Source of the DNA: Candidatus Latescibacterota bacterium
GTDB lineage: Bacteria > Krumholzibacteriota > Krumholzibacteriia > WVZY01 > JAKEHA01
Length of the DNA: 64,000 nucleotides
Assembly (NCBI GenBank): GCA_963707635.1
Contig: OY970173.1
Location: 1,888,001-1,952,000, forward strand
Direction of reading: 5' to 3'
Both the position numbers and the translations under genes were made by a program. Below are positions 38,879-48,460 of this stretch, piece after piece. The notes under the pieces are model-generated. The model was not told the origin of the DNA. It ran no database searches and saw nothing but the letters and a program-made list of their open reading frames with translations. Within the stretch, counting starts at the first letter, position 1. Every line of letters begins with the position of its first letter.

Positions 38879-40531
38879 TTGAAAAGGAAGATCCCAAGAT
38901 CACCCCGCGACGGTACCCCGGCGCCTGTGGCCCACGTGGCCTCGCCCGTCGTCGCCGAGCCGCTCGAGCGCGTGGCCGCGCAGCTCAAGACGCTCTACCA
39001 GATGGGGCGCGATCTGGGGGACGACGAAAACTGGAGCGACGCGCTCGACCGCTTCCTGATGGCGTTGGTGACGTTCATGGGGGCGAGCGGGTCCGGATTG
39101 CTCCTGTTCAGCGACCGCGAGCGTTCGCTGTCGGTGCGCGCCGTGTTCCACGTGGACGACGAGCTGGTGGAGCGCGCGATCGCGACCATCCGCGAAGGCT
39201 GGCACCAGCACGCGCGCCGCGCGGAGATGCACAGCCTCGAGAGCTACCGCGAGCGCCGCCCCACCTCGTGCCTGGAACGCACCACGCGCTGGGCCGTCAC
39301 CGTGATCCCGCTGCGGCACCGCGGCCGCGCGCTCGGATTCCTGCTGCTCGACAAGGTGTATACGAGTGCCCCCGACTTCCAGCGCGACTATCATTTCTTG
39401 AGCGCGTTGCAGACGATCTTCGCGGAAGAGATCGCGAACGCGTCGTACATCAGCGACCTGCGGCAGTTGAGCCGGTTCAACCAGAAGGTCCTCGATAATA
39501 TCCGCAGCGGAGTCGTCACCACCGACCTGGAAGGCAACATTCGCTATTCGAACTCGTGGGCCAGCGACATGTGCCCGCGGCTGCGCTCGGTCGCGAAGAC
39601 GACCATCGCGTTCGACGACCTCTTCCACGGCTCGCCCCCGCCCGGCCTGTTCCGGCGCTTCCGGGACGCGCCGGGGGACAGCGAGGTGGTCGAGGTGGAC
39701 TGCCATGGCGGGCGCGCTCACCCGTTTCCGGCGCGACTCCGGCTGGCGAAGATGCACGACGACCACCTCAACGGCACGGTCGTGATCGCGATCTTCGACG
39801 ACCTTTCCGAGCACAAGCGCATGGAAGAGGCGATTCGTCGCAACGACCGCCTGCGCTCGCTGGGGCAGTTGTCGGCGGGTGTCGCGCACGAGATTCGAAA
39901 TCCGCTGGCGGGGATCGCCACCACCGCCGAGGTGCTGGCCTCGAAACTGCGCGGCGACGAGGAGAAGACCAAGTACGTCGACGTCATGCTCGATGAGGTG
40001 AGCCGGCTCGACGGCATCGTGCGCAACCTGCTCGCGTTCGCGCGCCCGCCCAGGCCGCAGCTGGCCCCGTGCCTGGTCGGCGAGATCGTGGAGCGCGTGC
40101 GCGTGCTGCTCGCGGACCAGGCGCGGGCCCGCAGCGTCGCGGTGGACGTCGAAGTCGGGGCCGCTGCGCGTTGTCTCGCCGACGCGTCGCAGCTCACGCA
40201 GGTTCTGCTGAACCTGGCGCTGAACGCCGTGCAGGCGTGCGCCGCCGGAGACCGGGTGTCGATCGGGGCGCGGCGCGAGACGGACGCGGAGCAGGAGTGG
40301 GTGTCGATCGAGGTGTCGGACACCGGCGCCGGCGTACCGAGCGAGGTACGCGAGAGCCTGTTCGAGCCGTTCGTGACCACCAAGACGCAGGGAACCGGTC
40401 TGGGCCTCGCGATTACGCGCCAGATCGTCGAGGACCACCGGGGGACGATTGCGTGCACGTTCCTCGAGCGCGGGACCACATTCACCGTCCGCCTGCCGGC
40501 GTACGCGGAGGTCGGCACCGGGGCGCGCTAG
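38879..40531 (+). CDS. Sensor histidine kinase (GAF-PAS-HisKA-HATPase)
   Basis: LGQLSAGVAHEIRNPL, QVLLNLALNA, DTGAG, FEPFVTTK, GTGLGL. Start uncertain. Confidence 0.9.
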   Translation: MKRKIPRSPRDGTPAPVAHVASPVVAEPLERVAAQLKTLYQMGRDLGDDENWSDALDRFLMALVTFMGASGSGLLLFSDRERSLSVRAVFHVDDELVERAIATIREGWHQHARRAEMHSLESYRERRPTSCLERTTRWAVTVIPLRHRGRALGFLLLDKVYTSAPDFQRDYHFLSALQTIFAEEIANASYISDLRQLSRFNQKVLDNIRSGVVTTDLEGNIRYSNSWASDMCPRLRSVAKTTIAFDDLFHGSPPPGLFRRFRDAPGDSEVVEVDCHGGRAHPFPARLRLAKMHDDHLNGTVVIAIFDDLSEHKRMEEAIRRNDRLRSLGQLSAGVAHEIRNPLAGIATTAEVLASKLRGDEEKTKYVDVMLDEVSRLDGIVRNLLAFARPPRPQLAPCLVGEIVERVRVLLADQARARSVAVDVEVGAAARCLADASQLTQVLLNLALNAVQACAAGDRVSIGARRETDAEQEWVSIEVSDTGAGVPSEVRESLFEPFVTTKTQGTGLGLAITRQIVEDHRGTIACTFLERGTTFTVRLPAYAEVGTGAR

Positions 40532-40573
40532 CCCGGTTTCCGGCACGAAGGCATCAACCCGAAGGAGTGATTC

Positions 40574-41971
40574 ATGCCGAAGACGATTCTCATCATCGAC
40601 GACGAGAAGACCATTCGCTGGTCGCTGGCCGAGGCGCTCAATGCCAGCGGCTACGAAACGGTCGACGCGGACGGCGCGGCCGCCGGCATCGCCCGCTTCC
40701 GCGAGGCCACCCCGGACCTGGTGCTGCTCGACATGAAGCTGCCCGACGGGTCCGGGCTGGACGTGCTCAAGTCGGTAAAGAGCGAGGACCCGGGGGTCCC
40801 GGTGATCATGATGACCGCGTACGCGGAGGTGGAGACGGCGGTGGAAGCGATGAAGAACGGCGCGTACGATTTCGTCGCCAAGCCCTATTCGCTGGAGAAA
40901 CTTCGCGTCGCTATTTCGAACGCGCTGGAGAACGAGCGGCTGCGCACCGAGATCGCGTACCTGCGCTCGGGCACCACCGGCGGCGCCGTCTTCAAGTCAT
41001 TCATCGGCCGCAGCCCGGCGATGCTGGAGATCTTCGAGAAGATCCGCAAGATCGGGCAGAGCAAGGCCAACACCATTCTGATCACCGGCGAGAGCGGGTC
41101 GGGGAAGGAACTCGTCGCGCGCGCGATTCACTCCTGCAGCCACGACGACGCCCGCCCGTTCATGGAAATAAACTGCGCGTCGGTTCCGGAGACGTTGCTG
41201 GAGAGCGAGCTGTTCGGGTACGAAAAGGGCGCATTCACCGACGCCAAGACCCGCAAGAAAGGCTTGGTCGAGCTCGCCGAGGGCGGGACCCTGTTCCTGG
41301 ACGAGATCGGAGAGATGGGCATCACGCTCCAGTCGCGCCTCCTGCGCGTGCTCGAAAACAAAACCTTTCGGCGCGTCGGGGGTGTCAAGGACCTGACCGT
41401 GAACACGCGCATCGTGTCGGCGACCAATCGCGACCTCGGCCAGGCCATCAAGGACAAGGTCTTTCGGGAAGACCTGTATTACCGGCTCAAGGTGATCCCG
41501 CTCCACATTCCGCCGCTGCGCGAGCGGCGCGAGGACGTCCCGCTGCTCGTCAATCACTTCGTCGAGCGTTTCAATCGCGAGCTCGGCAAGCAGGTGGCGC
41601 CGCCGGAACCGGCCGTGATGGACTACCTCGTGCGCTACGACTGGCCCGGCAACGTGCGCGAGATGCGCAACGTGATCGAACGGGCGATGCTGCTCGAGGC
41701 CCAGGACGAACTGCTGGTGTCACACCTCCCGAGCGAGATCCGCGGGCATGCGGGAGGCGACATTCCGACCGTGCGCTCGTCGGCGGTGGTGGTCGATTCG
41801 TTCTTCCCGATGACGCTGCGCGACGTGGAGCGCGTCCAGATCGAGCGCACCCTCGAGCAGACGCACGGCAACAAGTCGCGCGCGGCTGCGATCCTGGGCA
41901 TCTCGCGGCAGACGCTGCGCGAGAAGCTCAAGACGTTCCACGGCGACGAGGCGACGGTGGCCGGGCCGTAG
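40574..41971 (+). CDS. Sigma-54-dependent response regulator (NtrC/AtoC family)
   Basis: REC (IIDDE, LLDMKLP), GESGSGKE, ESELFGYEKGAFTDA, WPGNVRE and a Fis HTH. Confidence 0.95.
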   Translation: MPKTILIIDDEKTIRWSLAEALNASGYETVDADGAAAGIARFREATPDLVLLDMKLPDGSGLDVLKSVKSEDPGVPVIMMTAYAEVETAVEAMKNGAYDFVAKPYSLEKLRVAISNALENERLRTEIAYLRSGTTGGAVFKSFIGRSPAMLEIFEKIRKIGQSKANTILITGESGSGKELVARAIHSCSHDDARPFMEINCASVPETLLESELFGYEKGAFTDAKTRKKGLVELAEGGTLFLDEIGEMGITLQSRLLRVLENKTFRRVGGVKDLTVNTRIVSATNRDLGQAIKDKVFREDLYYRLKVIPLHIPPLRERREDVPLLVNHFVERFNRELGKQVAPPEPAVMDYLVRYDWPGNVREMRNVIERAMLLEAQDELLVSHLPSEIRGHAGGDIPTVRSSAVVVDSFFPMTLRDVERVQIERTLEQTHGNKSRAAAILGISRQTLREKLKTFHGDEATVAGP

Positions 41972-41987
41972 AGGCTTCTCGTAGGGG

Positions 41988-42084
41988 CGCGGGTCCTGTC
42001 GGCCAACAGCCCGCGGCGGGCTCGCCATTCGCGCCTTCGCACTCGGTGGCTCGCCCTGGCGGGCGCCCGTTGGCCGCCACCCGC
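41988..42084 (+). repeat. Structured dispersed intergenic repeat, copy 2
   Basis: Homologous to 12625-12720 and forms a long interrupted hairpin. Confidence 0.75.
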
Positions 42085-42247
42085 GTGCGCCTTTCCGGCT
42101 ACCGGACAATTCTTTCCCACCCACGCGGGCATCGGTGCCGGAAACTGGTCGCACGTCGGCCAGCGGCGTGCGGATCGCCGCGGCACCACGCCTTTAACCT
42201 TATTTATACCAGCTAGATAACGTCGGCGCCTGGCGTCGCGTTGCCGA

Positions 42248-42263
42248 AGGCACGTGCTTTGCG
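42248..42263 (+). promoter_or_regulatory. Sigma-54 (-24/-12) promoter
   Basis: aGGCACGtgctTTGCg (GG-N10-GC). It is preceded by an AT-rich tract (42192-42220) and lies 13 nt before the GTG at 42276. Confidence 0.7.
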
Positions 42264-42275
42264 CTTCGGCGCGGC

Positions 42276-43079
42276 GTGAACCCATCGAACGATTCCGAGC
42301 GAGAGTCCTACGTGGCCCGTGATCAGGCGCGCGTGCGCCGCCGGCGCGCCGCGGAAAACCTGCTCGTGGACCTCGGCGCTCGTCCGGCACCCGAGCTGAC
42401 CGCAGACGACCGCGCCACCGTCCGCGCGCTCGACGCGCTCCTCGCCCAGACCGTGCGGGCCGGCCGCCACTCGTCGGGGGCGATTCGCGCCTACGCGTCG
42501 CTGATCGAAGACGCCCATCCGGCCTCGAACGCGAGTCACTGGGCGGAGAAGATCGCGCGTTCGGCGGGCGAGCTGGATGCGTTCGTGGCCCGGCTGGCCA
42601 CGTTGCGCGTGTGCGAGGGCGAAAAACCGACTCCGATGGAATGGGGGGACGCGATGTCGCGCGTGGCCGATCGCTGCGCGTCCATCGGCGTCTGCACAAT
42701 CGAAGTCACCGACCGCTCGCGCGGTGCGTTCCGGCAACGCGCCGAGCTGGTGGGCAGAATCCTGTTTCAACTGGTACGAAACGCGGTCGAGGCGGCGCCG
42801 CGTGGGGGGCTGGTGCGCGTGCGGGTCGACGAGGCCAGACTGGATGGCGCGCGCGGCGCACACATCCGTGTGGGCGACGGCGGCGAGGGAATGACCCACG
42901 ACCGGGTCGAGGAAATCTGGCGGCCATTTGTCAGCGACAAGCGCGGGCACCCGGGCCTGGGGCTCGCGTATGTCGCCACGTGCGCACCGCTGGTCGGCGC
43001 GCTCGCCGGCATCCGCTCCACCGACGAAGGGACCGAGGCGCACCTGATTCTGGAAGAAGAAGGAGGACTGGAATGGTAA
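42276..43079 (+). CDS. Degenerate histidine-kinase-like ATPase (no sensor domain, altered H-box)
   Basis: QLVRNAVEA, DGGEGM, IWRPFVSDK and GLGL boxes. The H-box region reads AQTVRAGRHSSGAIRAYASLI instead of HEIRNPL. Confidence 0.7.
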   Translation: MNPSNDSERESYVARDQARVRRRRAAENLLVDLGARPAPELTADDRATVRALDALLAQTVRAGRHSSGAIRAYASLIEDAHPASNASHWAEKIARSAGELDAFVARLATLRVCEGEKPTPMEWGDAMSRVADRCASIGVCTIEVTDRSRGAFRQRAELVGRILFQLVRNAVEAAPRGGLVRVRVDEARLDGARGAHIRVGDGGEGMTHDRVEEIWRPFVSDKRGHPGLGLAYVATCAPLVGALAGIRSTDEGTEAHLILEEEGGLEW

Positions 43080-43648
43080 GGACGATTTTACTCGCAGGCG
43101 TGGGCAAGGCGTGGGTTACCGGCAGCGACGTATCGATTCTCGTCGCGATGCTCGGCGCGGAGGCGCTCGATTTCCTGGCGCGCCGTTCCTGCGACGCGGT
43201 CGCGGTCGGAAACGTCCCCGACCTGGCGCAGACGGACCTGGCGGAACGCATCCACGCGCGCTACCCGCGGCTGCCGATCGTGTTCGTCGGCGAGCAGGTC
43301 CCGGTGATCGCCCCGGTCTGGGAACACGTGCCGCCGTCATTGCTCGACCGGCTTCCGGCCGTGCTCGAACGCGCCGCGGAGGTGGGCTGGCTGCGCCGGG
43401 AATACGACCGTTTCGCGCAATCCACCGCCGAGGCGCAGCCGCGGGAAGTGGAGCTGACATTCGAACAGGGATCCATTCGTGAGATGGAACGCCTCATGAT
43501 CGTCGGCCGGCTGGAGCGATTGAACCAGAACCGGACGCGGTCGGCGGAGTCGCTCGATATCAGCGTGCGCACCCTTCGCAACAAGCTGCGGGAGTATCGG
43601 GCGCGCATCGCGTCCACGGGCCAGAAGCGATCGCTATTGACAGACTGA
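43073..43648 (+). CDS. Degenerate receiver-like domain plus Fis-type HTH (FleR/FlbD-like, lacking the AAA+ domain)
   Basis: GGAGG RBS. C-terminus NQNRTRSAESLDISVRTLRNKLREY. Only 191 aa with no Walker A or GAFTGA. Confidence 0.7.
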   Translation: MVRTILLAGVGKAWVTGSDVSILVAMLGAEALDFLARRSCDAVAVGNVPDLAQTDLAERIHARYPRLPIVFVGEQVPVIAPVWEHVPPSLLDRLPAVLERAAEVGWLRREYDRFAQSTAEAQPREVELTFEQGSIREMERLMIVGRLERLNQNRTRSAESLDISVRTLRNKLREYRARIASTGQKRSLLTD

Positions 43649-43668
43649 CAGACCGTCGATAGTGTTCG

Positions 43669-45174
43669 TTGCGGTGGAACCCGTTGAATTCACCGCAGCT
43701 TCAGATTCTGGCCCTTTCGGCTGATCCGACAATCCGCCAGTCGCTCGAGGCGGCCGCGGTCGCCGACATCGGGCCCGTCCGGTTCAGCGACGACGCTGCC
43801 GGGCTGCTCGATGCGCTGACCTCGGCGGCCGGTGCGATCCTCATCGACGAGCTCGCGGAGCCCGCCTATGTCTCCCTCATCAAGCGGGCGCGCAAGACGG
43901 CGCCCGGTGTCGAGGCCATCGTCGTGGGCGGGCCGAAGTCGGACGCGGTTCGGCGCGACGAGCGCCGCGACGCCGTCGATCTGTACATCGAACGTCCGCT
44001 CGAGCCCCGCACCCTGCGCTCCACCCTGACCCACCGATTGACGCTGGCGGCGCTGAAGGCGCGCAGCGGCATCATCGGTCGTTCTCCCGCGCTCGAAGAA
44101 CTGCTCGAGAGCGTGCTGCTGGTGGCGCCCACCGAGGTTCCGATCCTGATCCAGGGCGAGAGCGGGACCGGAAAGGACGTCATCGCGCGCGCGATCCACG
44201 CGTGCAGCCGTCGTCGCGATCGTCCGTTCGAGGCCGTCAACTGTGGGGCGCTCGCGGAGGGCGTGCTCGAGAGCGAGCTGTTCGGCCACGAACGCGGCGC
44301 GTTCACCGGGGCGGTGTCGCGCCGCCCGGGCATGTTCGAGCGCACCGACACCGGAACCATCTTTCTCGACGAGGTCGGCGAGACGAGCCCCAACATGCAG
44401 GTCCGGCTCCTGCGCGTGCTCGAGTCCGGCGAAGTGCTCCGCGTCGGGGGCGTGACGGGACTCCGCGTTGACGTGCGCGTGATCGCGGCCAGCAATCGCA
44501 ACCTCGGCGAAGCGGTTCGCTCGGGCGCGTTTCGCCAGGATCTCTATTACCGGCTCAAGGGCGTGAGCCTGCACCTGCCGCCGCTGCGCGAGCGGCGCGA
44601 AGACATCCCGGTGCTCGTGCAGCATTTCATCGCCGCGGCGAATCGAACCAATCAGAAGTCGGTGCGGGGTGTCGACGCGGACGCGATGAATCGCCTGGTC
44701 GCGTACTCGTGGCCGGGGAACATTCGCGAGCTGCGCAACCTGGTGGAGACGTTGGTCGTGCTCGCGCCGGGCGCCCGCCTCACGCGGGAGCTGGTCGACG
44801 CGCAACTGTCCGACGCCGGCGGACCGACGCGCGCGGAGGCGCTCCTGCCGGTGGCCGTGGGCCGGAGCCGGGACGACGCCGAGCGCGAGTTGCTCTACGG
44901 GTCGATACTCGCCCTGCACCGCGACGTGCGCGAGATCCTTCGCCTCTTCCACGAGGGGTCCCGGCCGCAGCCGGGGGTGGTGTGGGACGGGCTGCGCGAG
45001 GTCGGAACCGAACGGCCGCGCGAGGAGACGAATCTGAGCCTGGGTCATCTCGAACGCGCGGCCATCCGCGAGGCGCTCGTTCGCGCCGGGGGGAACCGCC
45101 GCAAGGCGGCGGAGTACCTGGAGATCTCGGAGCGCACGCTGTACCGCAAGATCAAGGAATTCGGGCTGGCGTGA
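43669..45174 (+). CDS. Sigma-54-dependent transcriptional activator (atypical receiver)
   Basis: GESGTGKD, ESELFGHERGAFTGA, WPGNIREL and HTH ISERTLYRKIKE. Start uncertain. Confidence 0.92.
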   Translation: MRWNPLNSPQLQILALSADPTIRQSLEAAAVADIGPVRFSDDAAGLLDALTSAAGAILIDELAEPAYVSLIKRARKTAPGVEAIVVGGPKSDAVRRDERRDAVDLYIERPLEPRTLRSTLTHRLTLAALKARSGIIGRSPALEELLESVLLVAPTEVPILIQGESGTGKDVIARAIHACSRRRDRPFEAVNCGALAEGVLESELFGHERGAFTGAVSRRPGMFERTDTGTIFLDEVGETSPNMQVRLLRVLESGEVLRVGGVTGLRVDVRVIAASNRNLGEAVRSGAFRQDLYYRLKGVSLHLPPLRERREDIPVLVQHFIAAANRTNQKSVRGVDADAMNRLVAYSWPGNIRELRNLVETLVVLAPGARLTRELVDAQLSDAGGPTRAEALLPVAVGRSRDDAERELLYGSILALHRDVREILRLFHEGSRPQPGVVWDGLREVGTERPREETNLSLGHLERAAIREALVRAGGNRRKAAEYLEISERTLYRKIKEFGLA

Positions 45175-45300
45175 CCGGGCCCGGCCCAAATCACTCGTTG
45201 TGCGCCGTGCGGCCGGCCCTTATAATCATCTGGTGCCCCTCCCCTGGTAGTAGCTCCCGAATAAGATGGTTTTTGCCTTCCCCTCGCTGACGATCGAAGG

Positions 45301-46332
45301 ATGATTATGCGGTTTCGCACCGTTGGCTTCTGCATGCTGGGTGTCCTCGCGGCATCCCCGGTTCACGCGACCAAGCTCGCCGGCGAGTTCATGGCGCTCG
45401 GAGGAGGTGCCCGCGCCCTCGGGATGGGCGGCGCGTTCGCGGCGGTGGCCGCCGATGCGTCCACCATCTTCTGGAATCCGGCCGGGATCGCGGGGATCGA
45501 ACGGCGCCAGGTGCTGGCCATGCACGCGGAGCAGTTCGGCGACCTCGTGAACTACAACTTCGGGGCCTACGTCCAGCCGACCTCACTGGTCGACGCGTCG
45601 CACAGGCCGGCGTTCGGGGTGGCGCTGATCCACCTGGGAGCTCCCGACCAGCCGATCACGAACGACCTGACCGCGGTCGACGCGAACGACGATGGAATCC
45701 CCGAGTACTTCATCGATCCGAACGGCCGGGCCATCTACCCCAGCGAGTACGACTCGATCCGGCGCGAATCCGACAACAGCTTCGCGGGTTTCGGCACCTT
45801 TGCGATGGAGACGGGATTCGGGAACGTGGGGGGGACGCTCAAGCTCATCTACCAGGACGCGATCGCCGGGGAATCCAGCATGGGGATCGGCATCGACCTG
45901 GGATTCCTCCGCCGCGGTTTTCTGACCAAGGACCTTTCGGTCGGCGCCAAGCTGCAGGACGCGACCGGGACCTACATCAGCTGGAGCACCGGGACTACCG
46001 AGTTCATCATTCCGATGCTCAAGCTCGGGGGCGCGTATCGCATCGCGCCCGAGGGTCTCCATGGGGCGATCCTGCTCGCGGCCGATGCGGACTTCTTCTT
46101 CGACAACCGGCAGACGGCGTCGGAATTCTGGGTGGAGACGGTCAGCGCCGACCTTCGCCTCGGCGCCGAGTTGAGCTTCGATGACCGGGTGATGATCCGG
46201 GGAGGGGTGGACGGAAGCAACCCGACCGCGGGCGCCGGGCTCTACTTCTCCATGGTTGGGCTGGACTACGCCTACCTGCACCACGACGACTTCGAGGCGA
46301 CCCACCGCGTGTCGCTGCTCGCCAACTTCTAG
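45301..46332 (+). CDS. PorV/PorQ (UPF0164)-family outer-membrane beta-barrel
   Basis: Signal peptide, GGGARALGMGGAF.A.A.DAS.IFWNPAG, and C-terminal DYAY...THRVSL...F. Confidence 0.8.
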   Translation: MIMRFRTVGFCMLGVLAASPVHATKLAGEFMALGGGARALGMGGAFAAVAADASTIFWNPAGIAGIERRQVLAMHAEQFGDLVNYNFGAYVQPTSLVDASHRPAFGVALIHLGAPDQPITNDLTAVDANDDGIPEYFIDPNGRAIYPSEYDSIRRESDNSFAGFGTFAMETGFGNVGGTLKLIYQDAIAGESSMGIGIDLGFLRRGFLTKDLSVGAKLQDATGTYISWSTGTTEFIIPMLKLGGAYRIAPEGLHGAILLAADADFFFDNRQTASEFWVETVSADLRLGAELSFDDRVMIRGGVDGSNPTAGAGLYFSMVGLDYAYLHHDDFEATHRVSLLANF

Positions 46333-46356
46333 TCGCCGCTTTCGGCGGCACCGCCG

Positions 46357-48273
46357 TCAGCGCTGCAAATCGGATTCGTCGATCGAGCCCACGCTGCGCG
46401 GCCTCCACACCACCAGCACGTCGCCGGGGCGGATGGTCGAGTTGCGCGCGCGCCCGTTCCACGCCATCAGGTCCTGCACGGCGACGCCGTAGGTCTTACT
46501 GATCGAATAGAACGTCTCGCCGCGCTCGACGACGTGGCGCTGCTTTTCGAAGCGCGACTCGTCGACCGACGCGGTCTTCGTCGTCTCGGGGACGGCCTCA
46601 GGCTCGACCCGGGACGACGCCACGTAGATGGCGAGCTTCTGGCCCGGGTAAATGTGGCGGCGGGAGAGGTCGTTCCACGAACGGATGCGCGATGCGCTGG
46701 TGCCGTGGCGCTGCGCAATCTCGCTCAAGGTATCGTTGGGACGGACCGTGTAGACGATCCGGGTCTTGCCGGCGGGAGGCGCCGACGTCCGCTGCGCGTA
46801 GCGCTCGAGCGCGTCGCGGTTGATGGCCGACTTCGGGTTCATGTACGACGGCTTCGAGTTCTCTCCCGCGGCCGAGGGAATGTGACCGCCCGCCACCGGG
46901 ATCATCACGACCTGGCCGACCTGCAACATGCTCCTGCGCTTCATTCCGTTGGTGTCGCGCAGCGCTTCCACCGACGTTCCGTAGCTGGCAGCGATCCCGG
47001 AGAGGGTGTCGCCCTTCCTGACCCGGTGCTCCTTCCACGACACGCGTTTTTCGGGCGGCAGCTGGGCGAGGTTCTGGCTGCAGAGCTCTCCCGAGCCGCG
47101 CGGCACCTTGACGTGGATCTCCATGTTGGGCGGCGTCGCGCCACGGCGCAGATGGGGATTCATGTCCCGAATCACTTCGGTGCTCGTCCCCGCGCAGCGC
47201 GCGAGTTGCTCGAGGTCGGTTGCCTCCGTGACCGTGACCGCGTCGAAGCGGATCGGTTCGACCCGGGGTATCGTGAAGCCGTACTTCTCGGGCTCGCGCA
47301 TGATATAGAGCGCGGCGAGGAACTTCGGCACGTAGCGTTCGGTCTGCAGCGGAAGGTCGAGCTCCCAGAAATTCTCCGTCTTCTGACGCGCGACCTGGCG
47401 CGCCACGCGGTACTCGCCGCAGTTGTAGGCGGCGAAGGCGAGAAACCAGTCGCCCCAGATCCCGTGCAGGTCCTGGAGGTAGTGACCCGCCGCGTAGGTC
47501 GACGCCACCACGTCGCAGCGCTCGTCGTACCACCAGTTCACGCGCAGTCCGTAGCGGCGGGCGGTCCCGTTGATGAACTGCCACGGCCCGACCGCGCGCG
47601 CGGAAGACACCGCCTTCATGGCGAAGCCGCTCTCGATGAACGCCAGGCAGACGAGTTCCTGCGGGAGGTCCATCTCATCGAGAATGGCGGCCACCGTCGG
47701 GCGGTTGAGCTGCATCCGGTAGAGGGCCCGTTCGAACCGTTCGCGACCGGGACCCGTGAAATAGGTGAGCCAGAAATCGATCCGGCTGTTTTCGATGTAG
47801 GGGAACGCCGTATCCGTCTTGCTGAACAACGGTCCGTCGTCGATCGACCCCAGCTCGGGCCAGCGCGCGTTGGCGAGCGCCAGGCTGTCGTCCAGCGCTG
47901 AATATCCGTCTTCCACCACCAGGTCCACGGCGAGGGTGTCGAGCGCGGACAGCGCGTTCAAGACGCTCGCGAACTCGGGGTCGTGTTCGGCGTGGGGATG
48001 AGTGCGGATGAACTCGTTGACGTCGAACACCAGCGAATCACGCGCCGCGACGAAGCGGGTCCCGTCGCCGGCGGCCTGCAGCGCCTGCGTGGCGCTCACC
48101 CGGGTTTGAAAGCCGCGCACCGAGGCCGAAACCTCCTGGGCGGCGTCGATCGAAGGCTCGTTGGCGGCTCGCGTGGCCTCCGCACGCTGGTGGGAGTCCG
48201 ATGAGCAGCCGGCTGCGAGTGCCAGGGCCATTCCCATGATGGCCAGTTGTACGGCAGAGTTCTTCAGGTTCAC
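46357..48273 (-). CDS. MltD-like lytic transglycosylase lipoprotein with three LysM domains
   Basis: Lipobox AAGC, IESGF, AVGPWQF, AAYNCG and TERYVPK, then three LysM repeats. GGAGG RBS before GTG 48273. Confidence 0.92.
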   Translation of the reverse strand: MNLKNSAVQLAIMGMALALAAGCSSDSHQRAEATRAANEPSIDAAQEVSASVRGFQTRVSATQALQAAGDGTRFVAARDSLVFDVNEFIRTHPHAEHDPEFASVLNALSALDTLAVDLVVEDGYSALDDSLALANARWPELGSIDDGPLFSKTDTAFPYIENSRIDFWLTYFTGPGRERFERALYRMQLNRPTVAAILDEMDLPQELVCLAFIESGFAMKAVSSARAVGPWQFINGTARRYGLRVNWWYDERCDVVASTYAAGHYLQDLHGIWGDWFLAFAAYNCGEYRVARQVARQKTENFWELDLPLQTERYVPKFLAALYIMREPEKYGFTIPRVEPIRFDAVTVTEATDLEQLARCAGTSTEVIRDMNPHLRRGATPPNMEIHVKVPRGSGELCSQNLAQLPPEKRVSWKEHRVRKGDTLSGIAASYGTSVEALRDTNGMKRRSMLQVGQVVMIPVAGGHIPSAAGENSKPSYMNPKSAINRDALERYAQRTSAPPAGKTRIVYTVRPNDTLSEIAQRHGTSASRIRSWNDLSRRHIYPGQKLAIYVASSRVEPEAVPETTKTASVDESRFEKQRHVVERGETFYSISKTYGVAVQDLMAWNGRARNSTIRPGDVLVVWRPRSVGSIDESDLQR

Positions 48274-48336
48274 CGGAGCCTCCTGGATGGTGGGACGGCA
48301 GGACCTTGGATCTGGGGCAATATGGATGATGATTTG

Positions 48337-48352
48337 AGCAACTTGCAAGCCA
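48337..48352 (-). promoter_or_regulatory. Putative sigma-54 promoter of the mltD-like gene
   Basis: Minus strand TGGCttgcaagTTGCT (GG-N10-GC), ~65 nt upstream of the start. Confidence 0.55.
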
Positions 48353-48460
48353 AAAGCGGGGTTCCTCCAAGCGGGTGATCCACCCTTGTGATACCGGTGG
48401 AAGTGTCGCTGGTAACTAGTGTAAACTAATTGCAGTAGAATAATCCACCCTGAAGAAGGT

